NCBI RefSeq assembly: GCF_000143415.4
Contig: NW_003314272.1
Span: 468,184-532,183 of the forward strand
Reading direction: 5' to 3'
DNA from: Selaginella moellendorffii
Lineage: Eukaryota; Plantae; Lycopodiophyta
DNA: 64,000 nucleotides
Shown: positions 35,520-46,745 of the stretch, one piece after another
Numbering within the stretch: the stretch's first letter is position 1
Layout: each line of letters opens with the position of its first letter
Made by a program: the position numbers and the translations under genes
The notes under the pieces: model-generated
The model's input: the letters and a program-made list of their open reading frames with translations, nothing else
The model's database searches: none
Told to the model about the DNA's origin: nothing

Positions 35520-35969
35520 TCAAGGATTAAAATCATAAATGTAGTCGACATGGGCTTGCTGCTCGTGATCACCAGAGATAGTCGACTGACAACACACGAT
35601 CATGCATGTCAAGAATATTGTCTCAAATACAGGATTATTTTACCCCCGGTTCGGCAATTTTTGCGGTGGAATTGGAATCCAGCTGATTAGCAATCGTAGC
35701 CATCACTGTAAAAAGACAAAAAGATTCAATTACGTAAGAACCAGGTTACACGCTTGCATGCAAGCGAATGCAGGCATGGACCATGATGTTTCAAAAGAAA
35801 CACAGAGATCAATAAATCCAATTGAGATTAGAGATCGGCATATTCAATCGAGATTGGAGAACAGGGATTGTAAGAAACGGTACGTACCTGTTTCATTCTT
35901 CACTGGCCGAGAGGTCACAGCAGCAGCCACCAAGAGGACGAAGAAGAAAAAACTTAGTGCGCGAGACAT
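35520..35969 (-). CDS. Phytosulfokine-like secreted peptide precursor (69 aa, 3 exons)
   Basis: Exons 35969-35888, 35705-35644, 35585-35520 splice in phase to MSRALSFFFFVLLVAAAVTSRPVKNETVMATIANQLDSNSTAKIAEPGSTISGDHEQQAHVDYIYDFNP*. Signal peptide plus RP and AHxDYIY match PSK precursors. Confidence 0.75.
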
Positions 35970-36243
35970 GATCTAGAGTTTCTCTTGCAAAGAAAATCTA
36001 TCAAAGAGAGACAAAGAGCCAATCAATGATATGATCAGCGTTTGTGTTGATATCGTATATATGCTGCCGAGAAAAGGTCAACCACTGAAGAACGGCCACG
36101 TCAACATGCAAAGTGGCAGTTTTGACTGGATGGCTGGAAACCAGACTTCCAGTTAGCTTTTCCCTCTCCGAAATTACTGGAATTCACTCGCGAGAATTCT
36201 TTTCATCCTGCTCATTTTTATTAACTTTTGCACTTTCAAAATT

Positions 36244-38257
36244 CTAGAGTAAAAGCAAAATGGCTAGAGCTCCCAAGATCCTGGAGAGACTTCCACTGTT
36301 TCCACCCGATCTTTCGTCAGCTTGGAAAGCGGGATAGTTCCGGCACTGCGGTGATTTCACAATGTAGATCTGGTCTCCAAGGTGACTATCACCATACACG
36401 TCTTGGTTGCGGTACCACGTCCACAGGGCATGGGTATTGTTCTTCACCTAAAGAGAAAAAAGAGCAAACTTCGATCGATCAAGAGGTTCAACTCTCGGGG
36501 TTACCTCCAAGACGCCGTGACCAAAGCTTCCATCTCGCAGCGCGCTCCAATCCGGCTGCCTGCCCCAGCAGAATTGATTCGCCGCTGGTCCAGTGCTGAA
36601 GTTTTGAGCACAAACTCCACCGAATTGGGGGACGTTGTCCTCAGGCTTGGGGCACCTCCCCGGATCGTCGGCGTGCTCCGTGTCCACTCTCTCTATATTG
36701 CCGCCATCGCCCACCACGATGTAGAGCGGAGCGCACGGGTCCAGCTCGTAATTGTAGACTCTGTTCGTCCTCTCATAGGCATGGACCTGGAAGAACACCC
36801 AAAGAAATTGGAACCCAAATGTGAGGATTCCTGTCGAGATCGAAAAGAGAGAGGGATTTACATGGCCATTGATGACAATGTCGACGCCGGCATTGTAGAG
36901 AAGCTCCTCCATTTCGAGACGCATGCACTCGACCTCGCGGTAGTGGGAGCCGTAGCTATTGTACCACGGCGGATGCCACGCCGCCACGATCCAGGGCGTG
37001 AGGAGCCTGTTGACGCGCTGCAAATCATCCTTGAGCCACGCGAACTGAGCCCCTAGTGCCAAGAACCCTAAAAACAGAGCCCAAGAACCCTACAAGGTAG
37101 TACCTGTTCTGTTGTAGTCAATGTATCCTCCCAGCATCAGGAAGTGGATGCCGCCGACATCGAACGAGTAATAAAGGCTGGAATTCGATCCAGGAGGCAC
37201 CGAGAATCTGGCCTTGTATGATTCGAATGTTTTGCCCAATGCCTGGGGCTCGATCTCGTGGTTGCCCTCGATCACCATCATGGGCACCTTGGCCGTGAGC
37301 GGTTCCATGAATCTGGGAGCAAGGAAATCAGGGATTGGATCGCGAATCTATAGTCTTGCTCTCACCTCCCCCAGTGATCCCAGTGAGGCTGATAAGTCTC
37401 CCGGATTGGCGCGTCTGGAAATGCGCAGCTGAAGCAGAGCGATCCAGTGCCATTGGTGATGTATTGATCCGAGTATGTGAGATCGCCCACCATGAGGAGG
37501 AGCGAGGGATCGTTCCGGATGACGTGATCAACCGTGGCGCTCGAGTTGTAAGTGAGTCCCAGATCGCCCACGACGGCGATCCTCGCGGGATAGCCGCGAT
37601 CGTCCAGCGTCGTGAATGAGAGCTCCTCGCTCAATCGCTCCAGCGAGCTGCCGCATCGGTAGTAGTACGTCGTCGATGCCTTCAATCCTGCGCAGAGACT
37701 TCCCGAAAATTCCACGAATTTGCGCTCTACATCTTACCGTCGAGGAGGACGTGGTGATTGAATCCCGAGGTGTAATTGAGAAGGCCCACGAATGGATAGA
37801 GCTGGCTGTAGACCACCACCGATCCCTCCGCCAGGAAATCGTAGTTGTGAGTGGAAGTCCCATACAGGACAAAGCTCTTAGTGGTGGAAGGATCGAGGGG
37901 GACGACGTTGTCCCCGATTTGATAGTCCCCTGTTACATCAAGCAGCACACAAATCTCAAGATCGATCGATCAATTCACACCCCCAATCTCATGGATTTGA
38001 TTACCGGAGACCCACGACACCCACATCGATCCATGATGCGAGAGCGCGAGCTTGATCTGCTCGGGAAATCCGTGGGGCCTCGTCCGCTGGAGCCGCGGAT
38101 CATCGGTGGGCAAATCCTGGCTTCCTCGCCGCAGGGAGCTGTCGAATGGGATCGTGACTGGCTTGAACGGGCCCTCCAGCGTCGTCGGGGTCGATCGCGA
38201 AAGCCCCGCGAGAAGAAAAATCTCCACCAAAAGAAAGATCCTCCTTCTCCAATCCAT
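36244..38257 (-). CDS. Purple acid phosphatase (PAP15/PAP23, phytase-like clade)
   Basis: Signal peptide; PTTLEGPFKPVT; metal-ligand motifs GDLG, GDLTY, GNHE, WHPPWY, GHVHAYER; multi-exon. Confidence 0.93.
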
Positions 38258-38438
38258 TTATTCGCGGGAGAGAAAACACCGCAAAGCTCCAAGGAAAATA
38301 AATACGTTTGGCGCCCCACCGTACGGACTGGGGAGCGTACTGTTTCACGCGCCAAACGTTGCTGATGTGGCAAGCCCTAGCATTTCAAATTTTAGGGCTA
38401 GAGCTCTTCGTCTTCTCGGGGCTCCGCGAGGCGAGGTG

Positions 38439-40083
38439 ATGGCGTGCAGCAGGTGAATAGGGTCGGGATTTGAGTCTCAGTGTAGGTGGCAGTAGCGGCG
38501 CGGCTCCCGAGTGGATTTTTATGGGACAGGCGCGCGTTTCTTGCTGGGGATCGTTCTAGGGTTTCGTCGGTCCAGCGCGTCGATCTGCGAGTGCTATGAT
38601 TTCATTCGCGTCATCATCCCTCCGTGAAGAGAGATTCGTGAGGCTTCCTTCCAGCTTGCAGACGGATTGACATTGCTCGGTTTTTCGTTTTGTTTCGGCC
38701 GAGCAGCAACACGGGGAAGGAATCGGAGTGCCTTGGCTGGGCCGCCAAGGATTCCTCGGGTGTCTTAGCTCCATGGAAATTCCCCAGAAGGTATGAATCG
38801 TTCTCATTCCATCTCCATCACTACATTCTTTTTGGAATGGCAGACCCTTGCGTTCTACCGATGTAAAATTCAAGATCTCCTACTGTGGAATTTGCCACAC
38901 AGACTTACACTTGATCCACAACGAGTGGGGTTCGTCCAAATACCCCATGGTTCCTGGGTAAGAAAGGCAGTCCGTCTGTCTGGGTTATAAACTGGAAGAT
39001 CCAAAACAAGAACATTGGAAGCAAACATCCGGGTGACTAAACGTTTGGGTGAGATGATCGACCAGGCATGAAGTTGTGGGAGTGGTCACCGAGGTTGGTC
39101 CCGGTGCCAAGAAGTTTAAGGTTGGCGATCACGTTGGTGTGGGATGCATGGTGTTTTCCTGCCTAAAGTGCGACCACTGCAAGCACGGAGACGAGCAGTA
39201 CTGCGATCAACTTATCTGGACGTATAACAGTCTGGAAGACGGGAAGATCACTTTCGGAGGCTACTCGGGATTCATGGTGACAGACGAGAAGTAAGTGAGG
39301 ATCTTTAGCAGCACAAGTCTAACTCTTTTCTTCTCCAGATTTGTGTGCCGTGTTCCAAACAATCTTCCTTTGGACGCTTCGGCACCCTTGCTGTGTGCTG
39401 GGATCACCGTCTACAGTCCCATGAAGCACTTTGGCATGACGCAGCCTGGGAAGAACTTTGGCGTCGTCGGCCTCGGTGGTCTGGGTCATATGGCCGTCAA
39501 GTTTGGCAAGGCCTTTGGGATGAAAGTCACAGTTATCAGCACCTCTCCAAACAAGGAGAAGGAAGCCCGGGAAGTTCTGGGTGCTCATAACTTCATTGTC
39601 AGCCGGGACGCAGCTCAAATGACGGTAACGAGCAATCGTTCCTGGGGACTGTAACTTCTTAAGTTTTTGATTCCAGAAAGCTGCGAAGACAATGGACTAC
39701 ATCCTCGATACGGTGTCTGCGCCGCATCCCCTGGATGCCTTGCTCGAGCTTCTAAAGATCGATGGAAAGCTCGTCATGGTGGGATTACCAGACAAGCCCC
39801 TTGATCTTCCGGCAGGAGTCATTATCTTTGGTACGCGAACTCTTTTGATCTCCTCGAGTTCTAAAAGGTTTCCATGGATCAACCAGGTCGTCGAACGCTT
39901 GCCGGTAGCTTCATCGGATCAATCAAAGAGACGCAGGACATGCTGGATTTCTGCGGCAAGAACAATGTCACGTCCATGATCGAGCTCGTCCCCATGGACT
40001 ACGTCAACAAAGCTATGGAACGCCTCCGCAAATCGGATGTGAAGTATCGTTTCGTGTTGGACGTGGAAAAGACTTTGAAATAG
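38439..40083 (+). CDS. CAD: Cinnamyl alcohol dehydrogenase family protein
   Basis: [25 protein letters not shown], structural Zn CLKCDHC...[31 protein letters not shown]. Small first exon 38439-38452 inferred from splice phase. Confidence 0.93.
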
Positions 40084-40178
40084 AGAGAGAGGGAAAGAAG
40101 AAATTCCATTCAATATAAACAAACATATGCCAAGAATTTTGATTAGGGTTTATCGAAGAGCAAGGGCGGGAGGGAGTG

Positions 40179-41892
40179 ATGGCGCTCGCTCGTCGCGTCT
40201 CTAGAAAGGCTTGTGCCACGCTCCTCCTGTCGATTCGAAGGTATGGAAAAATGTGGATCGCGATTGAAGGAGTGAGCTGAGATGCTTGTGTCACTTTGCG
40301 TGCCCCATCCAGGCATAGTACTTTCGGCATTGCCTTTGACATTGATGGCGTCCTTGTTCGCGCAAACAAGCCGCTGTGTGGGTCATCGCAGGCCCTTGCT
40401 CGTCTCTATCAAGAGCCCTCTTCAGAAAGCACGTATGTTGTTCTTTCTTCTTCTCTTATTGATTGTTTTTCCCTTTGCTGTGCCTTGCAGCCACGCTTCG
40501 TGTCCCTTTTATACTTTTCACAAACGGTCGGTAAGATGGTCTTTCTTCCTCTCGTACTGATCTTTTCGCATTTTTCTAGGTGGCGGGTACACGGAAGAGA
40601 AGAAATCCTTGGAGCTGAGCAAATTGCTGAAGATCAAGTTGTCAAGTGATCAGGCAAGCGGGATTGTACTCCATGTTTGTTTTTCTTCACCATTTTCTCT
40701 AAGCTCCTGCGCGTTTGTACAGGTGTTCTTGAGCCACACTTCCTTCAAGGAACTTGCAAGCTGGTCAGTGGTTTAAACTGCAACTTTCACGTATGTTTGT
40801 GCGTGTGCCCGGATAGACAAGTGGACGTAAACGCTGATTGCGTGATGCAGCTACCGGGACAAGAGGACGCTGGCTGTTGGCAAGGGCGAGCCGGCTCAAG
40901 TGCTGCGGCACTACGGGTTCATGTAAGCGTGTTTCTTCGCTAGAGCTTCGACGCTGACAAGCATTATTGTACTGCACCAGGAACGTGGTTGCGATGGACG
41001 ATTACGTTTGTGAGTTTGAAAGCATTGATCCATTGGAACAGTACAAGCCGTGGTCGAGAGCTGGCTCGGCAACATTGGCAGGGAGGGAATCGCAGGACGT
41101 CCAAGCTGTTTTTATCGTAAGCGACCCTGTTGATTGGGGCCGTGATATACAGGTCGTGTTTCTGGATTTTCATTTCGGTGACAATATGGAGTGCTGGCTT
41201 GCAGGTGGTTTCTGATGTTCTAAATGGTGGAGGCAATCCTTTAAAAGTTGGTGGAAAGGCTCCGCCTTTATATTTTGCGGCGGACGATCTTATCTATCAG
41301 GTGAAGAATCCACCTGGCATTCCTCGAGCTTTTGGAAGAACAAAAAAATTCATCTTTGTTTCATGTGCAGTCAGCATTTCCCGTCGTGAGGTATGGGATG
41401 GGAGCATTTCGAATCGCGCTGGAAAGCGTTTATACCAGGTAAAACGTGATGAAGCTTCTGCATTGTTTACACATTCCTTGTGTTCAGATTAACCGGCATG
41501 CCAATGGTGTACACGTCTTTTGGGAAACCAAAACCAGCGACGTACAAACTCGTTAGAAAAGAATTGGAGAAACTTGCTGGCTCTGTGGATCCATTGCAAA
41601 CGATCTACATGGTTGGTGACAACCCGGCGACTGACATCCGCGGTGCAAAGGAGGTGGTGTGACTGTGCATAATTCAACACCTTAACGTTGTCCTTAGGCA
41701 GGAAAGCCATGGTTTTCAATCCTCGTGAGGACTGGATGCTTCAGGGGAATCAACAACGACGAAGAATTTCCAGCCGATGGGGTAGAGTTTGTGAGCGATT
41801 TCTTTGCTTTAACTCCGATATTTGTTCCTCAGGTCGTCGATAACATCGTCGAGGCAGTAGATTTTATATTGAAAAGAGAGGGACTAGATTGA
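40179..41892 (+). CDS. HAD-IIA hydrolase, CECR5/HDHD5-like (probably mitochondrial)
   Basis: FGIAFDIDGVL, DPVDWGRDIQV, FGKPKP, YMVGDNPATDIRGA; basic N-terminus; many short introns. Confidence 0.88.
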
Positions 41893-43018
41893 GACATCAA
41901 CGTCGGTGTAGCTTGTAAGGACGTCTGGATTTTTTTATTTCTTTTTCTCATCGCTGGTTACCATCGGCGTTGAAAATTCGTCGTACGGAGGCGAGAGATC
42001 TTTTTTTCCCCTACTAACATTGCTTGATGGAACGAAAACTCGAGTTTTCCATGCAGATCAAGCGGGCCTGTTCAGAGTAAGGCAAATGTATCAATCGCGG
42101 ATCGACAGAGGCATTTACAAGTCCTGTGGCGCCGGTGGTTGGTTGCAAGGGACAAAAGGATGCACGGAACAAGGCCACGGAGAGGTACGGTTTGGTGGAT
42201 AGGGTGTCTCAATTGGAGTAAATGCCGCGAAAAAAGAAAAAAAAAAAAAAAGAAAAACCGCAGCAGTATCCCCGTGTGGAATGCTTGTTGCCTTCGCCCC
42301 TCGTTGCTCTCTTCTTTTTTTCTCTCTCTCTTTTTTCTCACACTTTTTCTTTTCGTTTTTCCAGTCCTGCGAGGATTCCAGCAGTAGGAGCCAGTTCTCT
42401 GGTTTTGATGGAGCTGGACGTTAGCGGCCTGCGAGCAACCAGGTAAGTTAAGTCGCCAGTTCCATTCATTGTTGGAACGACTTCTTCCAGTGCTGCAGTG
42501 CAGTGCTTCTCTCACAGTGGCGTCGGTTATCTTTGCAGGAGGGGGAGCTCTCCATCGCCTCGGTGTAGCGCGATGCGACGAGAGCTTTGGTTCATCTCTT
42601 CCCGATCCAAAAGGTCGTAGCAGCATTGGTTGGAGATTCGGTGGGGCTTCCCTGTCTTTTGTCCGCTCGCTTGTTATTGGGACTAGCGAACCAAGCTTCC
42701 CGAGAAGACGAAGACGAAGGCGAGAAAGAAGAGCTCGCCGAGAATTTGTCTACGCATGTATGATCGTTATCCTCATTTGCTTTTCTCTTTTGCTGAGAGG
42801 CCATCTTTTCTCTCTTCCTTGTTGTCTCGCAACCGCTAGCTAGGCGAGAAAAGAGACGAAGTTTTGACCGACGGGCAGGATGGGGTTCCGCGAAAATCGC
42901 GACACGTGGACGGCCACGATGCTCGGCTCTCCGCGTTGCTTATATTCCCTTCTCTTCTTTAAAGGCGGGTTATATATTTTATTTTTCACTCGCGGAGTTT
43001 GAGCGTTTTCGCGGGGCA

Positions 43019-43510
43019 ATGAGCAAGAAAATGTGTGGCATTGCATCGCTCTTCCAGCAGAGAAATTCCTCCTCGTCGTCGCCCCGGAGCCGGAGCTCCT
43101 ATTCCTGCGGCTCCAATTCGGCTCTGGGATCCGACTGGTTGCAGCGCGTCTCCAGCTCCTCGTGGGACGATCTCAGCAGTCGGTCCTCCTCTCCTTGCTC
43201 CACCGCCATCTCCTCGCCCAATTGCGGGGAGGCGGCGCCGCCGGATGTGCCCGAGGGATCGCTGGCGCTCTACGTGGGGCGGAGCGAGCAGCAGCGCCGG
43301 CGATTCGTGGTGGGCACTGCCCATCTCAACAATCCCCTGTTTCGCCCGCTGCTCGACAAGGCCGCCGAGGAGTATGGCTACCACTACGAATCCGGGGCGC
43401 TCACCATTCCCTGCGACGCGCACCTCTTCCAGCACGTAGTCTGGCTGCTCGACCACAGCGATGATCCGGCCGCCCAAATCGGCCAGCTTCTCAGCTGCGG
43501 CTCGTCGTGA
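43019..43510 (+). CDS. SAUR: SAUR (small auxin-up RNA) family protein
   Basis: DVPEGSLALYVG...RRFVV...HLNNPLFRPLLDKAAEEYGY...GALTIPCD; intronless. Confidence 0.93.
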   Translation: MSKKMCGIASLFQQRNSSSSSPRSRSSYSCGSNSALGSDWLQRVSSSSWDDLSSRSSSPCSTAISSPNCGEAAPPDVPEGSLALYVGRSEQQRRRFVVGTAHLNNPLFRPLLDKAAEEYGYHYESGALTIPCDAHLFQHVVWLLDHSDDPAAQIGQLLSCGSS

Positions 43511-43899
43511 ATTTGGGCCTCGATCGCCCAGGTGATCGATCCTCTTGCCCCTCTTATCTGCGAGGATTTCTCTTCCAGAGCGCGACGACGTACGACCCAA
43601 TGAATCTTCCCGCAGGGAAAAAAAAAAGCCTCTCAGGGTGAATTTTCGTTCGCGATCTCATACTCGCGCGCGCTGCTCGAGAAGAGATTTGTAACATCAT
43701 CTCCTAGATAAATCAATCGATCGATCATGGCATAGAAACCACATTCGAGAAGCAGTGATGTACAGCGCTCCTCCTCTTGATGCTGAAAGAGAGAAGAACA
43801 AATAGACTTATCGGGCGAGTATCGTCATGGAGATAGCAACACGCCAAAGTTTGTGCATAGGATCAGTCGATCAAATTCCATGTATCCAATCAATCACAT

Positions 43900-45000
43900 G
43901 TTCACTCACTGGATGGAGCAGTACGATCGATCCCGCCGATGATCGCTGTTCGTCTTACTCATCCCGTGAGCGCGAATGCTCTGGAGTGGAGGAATGGACT
44001 GGAGCCAACTGTGGAGCTGTGACACGCAAACGCAACGTGCTTGGGCGACCTCGTCACACAGCCACATTGATCTTCCATTTGTCGGCCAGGAATCCGACCG
44101 CTCTCCCAGCTCGTTCGAGCTCACCTGGAGAAACAGAGGAGGGAAAGAAAAGAGGAGGAATTTTTTAGAGGAAAAGGTGATCCTCATTTAAAGATCTGGC
44201 TGGAGATTCTAGCTAATGCAATCACGCAAGAACCATGCCTCTGCTTTGGCACCAAGAATAAATAAAAGAGAGCGAGCTCCAAAAGCAAAACCGGAGAGAG
44301 ATCTTACAGCTTGGAAGCGTCGGCCTCTCGTTCCTGAAGTTCAAAAGATGGACTTGCACCGCAACAGAACTCGCGGGAACTGCTGCATGGAAAGAGCGAG
44401 GAACTTATCAAAACCATCTTTTGCGATGAATAGTCGATCTAGTGCAATCGATCCATCCGGAAACAAAAGGAGTAGAGAGAGAGCGACGCCAACCTGCGTC
44501 CAGGATGAGAACTTTGACGTGCAATGTCGGCTTCCAAAACGATCCAGTTCCCAAGTGGTCCATGCACTCCTCGCATCCCATTGCCAGGCTTCCAAACGCT
44601 TGTCTTGTATCCAGCAACAGTGTGGCTGCTCGCGTCCTCCACGCCTTTTTTTTTTCTCTGTCTCTATGTTTTTTTTTTTTTTTCTCTCTTTTTTCTTTCT
44701 CTGTCTCTATGTTTTTTTTTCTTTGTCTCTATGGCTTAGATCTCGATTTCCTACACTTTGACAATGCTTTTGATTGCTTGCTTGTGTAGAGAGGTTTTTA
44801 TCCATCCTCTACTCTTAGATTCTTTGAATATATGGTGTTGGTGAAAAGAACCGGCTTGGACACACTGGACTTGGAGCATCGCCGCTTATCACCGGCTTAT
44901 GCGTTGACGCTGCATGAGCAAAGTTGCGAACACGCAAGCTGCAAACAATTCCGATCCAGCACGACGCTTCCATTGCCTCCCCCGCCTCGTCCACCACCGC
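43900..45000 (-). pseudogene. Decayed fragments of the IGHMBP2-like helicase (middle and C-terminal exons)
   Basis: VDEAGEAMEASCWIGI, LLDTRQAFGSLAMGCEECMD and VSSNELG...FLAD parallel the intact gene but contain deletions and frameshifts. Confidence 0.85.
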
Positions 45001-45411
45001 TAGCCCCCGCTCAATTTAACACTCGTCTTGAGCCGCCGCACTTACGTCTTGATGTTACCATCCTACCGCTGCACGACTTTGGTGATGAAAAAAGGCCAGG
45101 ATACAAAGGCGCATGCGACCGCTCGCATGCAACCGCTCGCTTATACTTAGGACTCTTGCAATGGAACCAAAAAATTCAGAGTGTCTTTTTGACAAGTCCC
45201 AGAGTTCGGGCTGGAACCAAAAATTCAGAGTGTCTTTTTGACAAGTCCCAGAGTTCGGGGTGGAAAGGATGCCGTGATCAAGCTACTGCTGGAAAAGAAA
45301 AAAGAAGCCCCCAAAGCAAGTAAAGAAAACGTCATGCAAAATAACCATCCTTAAAAGAAGATCCAAGAGACAAGAGAAAATTAGAAATTGCTTTAGGTGG
45401 AATTCTAAATA

Positions 45412-45687
45412 TCATTTTTCTTGTGCATGACTGTCATCTTCAAGAGGTAATTCTAGACTCCGTCGTCGAGGGTTCACTTCCTCAGGTTTGAGGTCTGTGA
45501 ACCTGTTGAGGACCTGCCTGGACATGACGCCCGGTGTGCTGTTGTGCTCCTCAATCTCCTTGTACGCCTGCTTGAACAACCCAAAGCGATACGCCTCCTC
45601 CTCTGCACTGGAGTAACTCTTGTGCCACTTCTCTTTCCACTCTTCAAACAAGCGCAACAACGCCTCCTCCTCTATTGGTCTTCCCAT
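45412..45687 (-). CDS. Stand-alone cysteine-protease inhibitor I29 (papain propeptide-like) protein
   Basis: LFEEWKEKWHKSYSSAEEEAYRFGLFK...IEEHN...NRFTDLKPEE (ERFNIN/GNFD-like); no protease domain follows. Confidence 0.75.
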   Translation of the reverse strand: MGRPIEEEALLRLFEEWKEKWHKSYSSAEEEAYRFGLFKQAYKEIEEHNSTPGVMSRQVLNRFTDLKPEEVNPRRRSLELPLEDDSHAQEK

Positions 45688-45719
45688 ACCTATACACCTC
45701 GACCTAGTAATAACCCGCT

Positions 45720-46460
45720 GCCTTTATTCTCATCTAGAAACATCATCCAGACCGTCGATATCAATGACAAGGATCATAGCAAACAAAAGAAGAGAGAACA
45801 GTTGCTTCACAGGTTCGCTGGGAAGAAACAAGAAAAGCTGTCGGAAGCATAATCCTTTGATGAAACAAACAGACCTCGTAAGTTGTTGCCTTGGCGGGAT
45901 CAAAGATCTTGTTTTGCTAGGTTCGATCGAAAAGACACCCCTACCAAGCCTGGGAAGAAGAGACAATCACAAAGTTAGAAACCATGAAACAAAGAATGCG
46001 ATTGACACTATAGATATGGTCAAGCAGAGAAAATGATGAGACCTTTGAAGGAACTGATAGCAACCAGGTCATGCATGATGGAAGAACTCGAAGAGCTCGA
46101 GGAACTTTTTTCCTCCTCATGCTTTTCACCGCAGCGGGAGCTAAGATTTTTCTTGCCTAGGCCAGCATCGATCTACGAAAGCGTCTATGTTGCTGGATCC
46201 CCGCCACCATCTCCACGCTCAATCCCTTGAAACTTTTTTTTGCCATCTAGAATAAGAACGTTCACCGGCGCTTCTGACACTTAATTTATTGACCATATAA
46301 CAAAAGGAGAGTGATCTCGATTTTCTTTAACAAAACTCTTCATTTCGCCCATTTGATCGTTCCAAAGTATCAAAATCGTCGAGTCTACTTGGAAAAAACT
46401 ACATTTTCCTCCTGTTTCTACTTCATCCAGCACATTCCAGCTTAGACGACGTCCAATATT
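45720..46460 (-). pseudogene. Relic of helicase N-terminal exons and CWC22 3' end
   Basis: 45950-46250 parallels 49005-49415 with deletions; 46363-46425 parallels 50318-50380. Confidence 0.8.
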
Positions 46461-46599
46461 GAATGACCAACAGTGAAGTAAGCAAAGGTTCGTCTTGTTC
46501 TCAAACACTGAAGCATAGCTACTCGAAGAGTTTTCCTACAGTGGAAACTGTGCCTGTGAAAGAGATGAGAAATCTACTTGCTTTAACTCTTTCTCTGCC

Positions 46600-46712
46600 G
46601 AGGGTTCACTTCCTCAGGTTTGAGGTCTGTGAACCTGTTGAGGAAGCCTGGACGTGACGCCGGGTGTGCTGTTTTGCTCCTGTACGCCTGCATCAACAAG
46701 CTAAAGCGATAC
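46600..46712 (-). pseudogene. Truncated second I29 fragment
   Basis: GAGGGTTCACTTCCTCAGGTTTGAGGTCTGTGAACCTGTTGAGGA is shared with 45468-45512; small deletions follow. Confidence 0.75.
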
Positions 46713-46745
46713 GATTCTCTTATATTGAATCAATCACTCGATCAA

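Noticed and set aside
42020-42843. Possible small spliced gene between the HAD hydrolase and the first SAUR
   Set aside because: Splice-like signals exist but no recognisable product; it may be UTR or regulatory DNA.
45161-45260. Short local tandem duplications (also ~54515-54540, 57765-57850, 59390-59450)
   Set aside because: Two-copy slippage duplications with no further structure.
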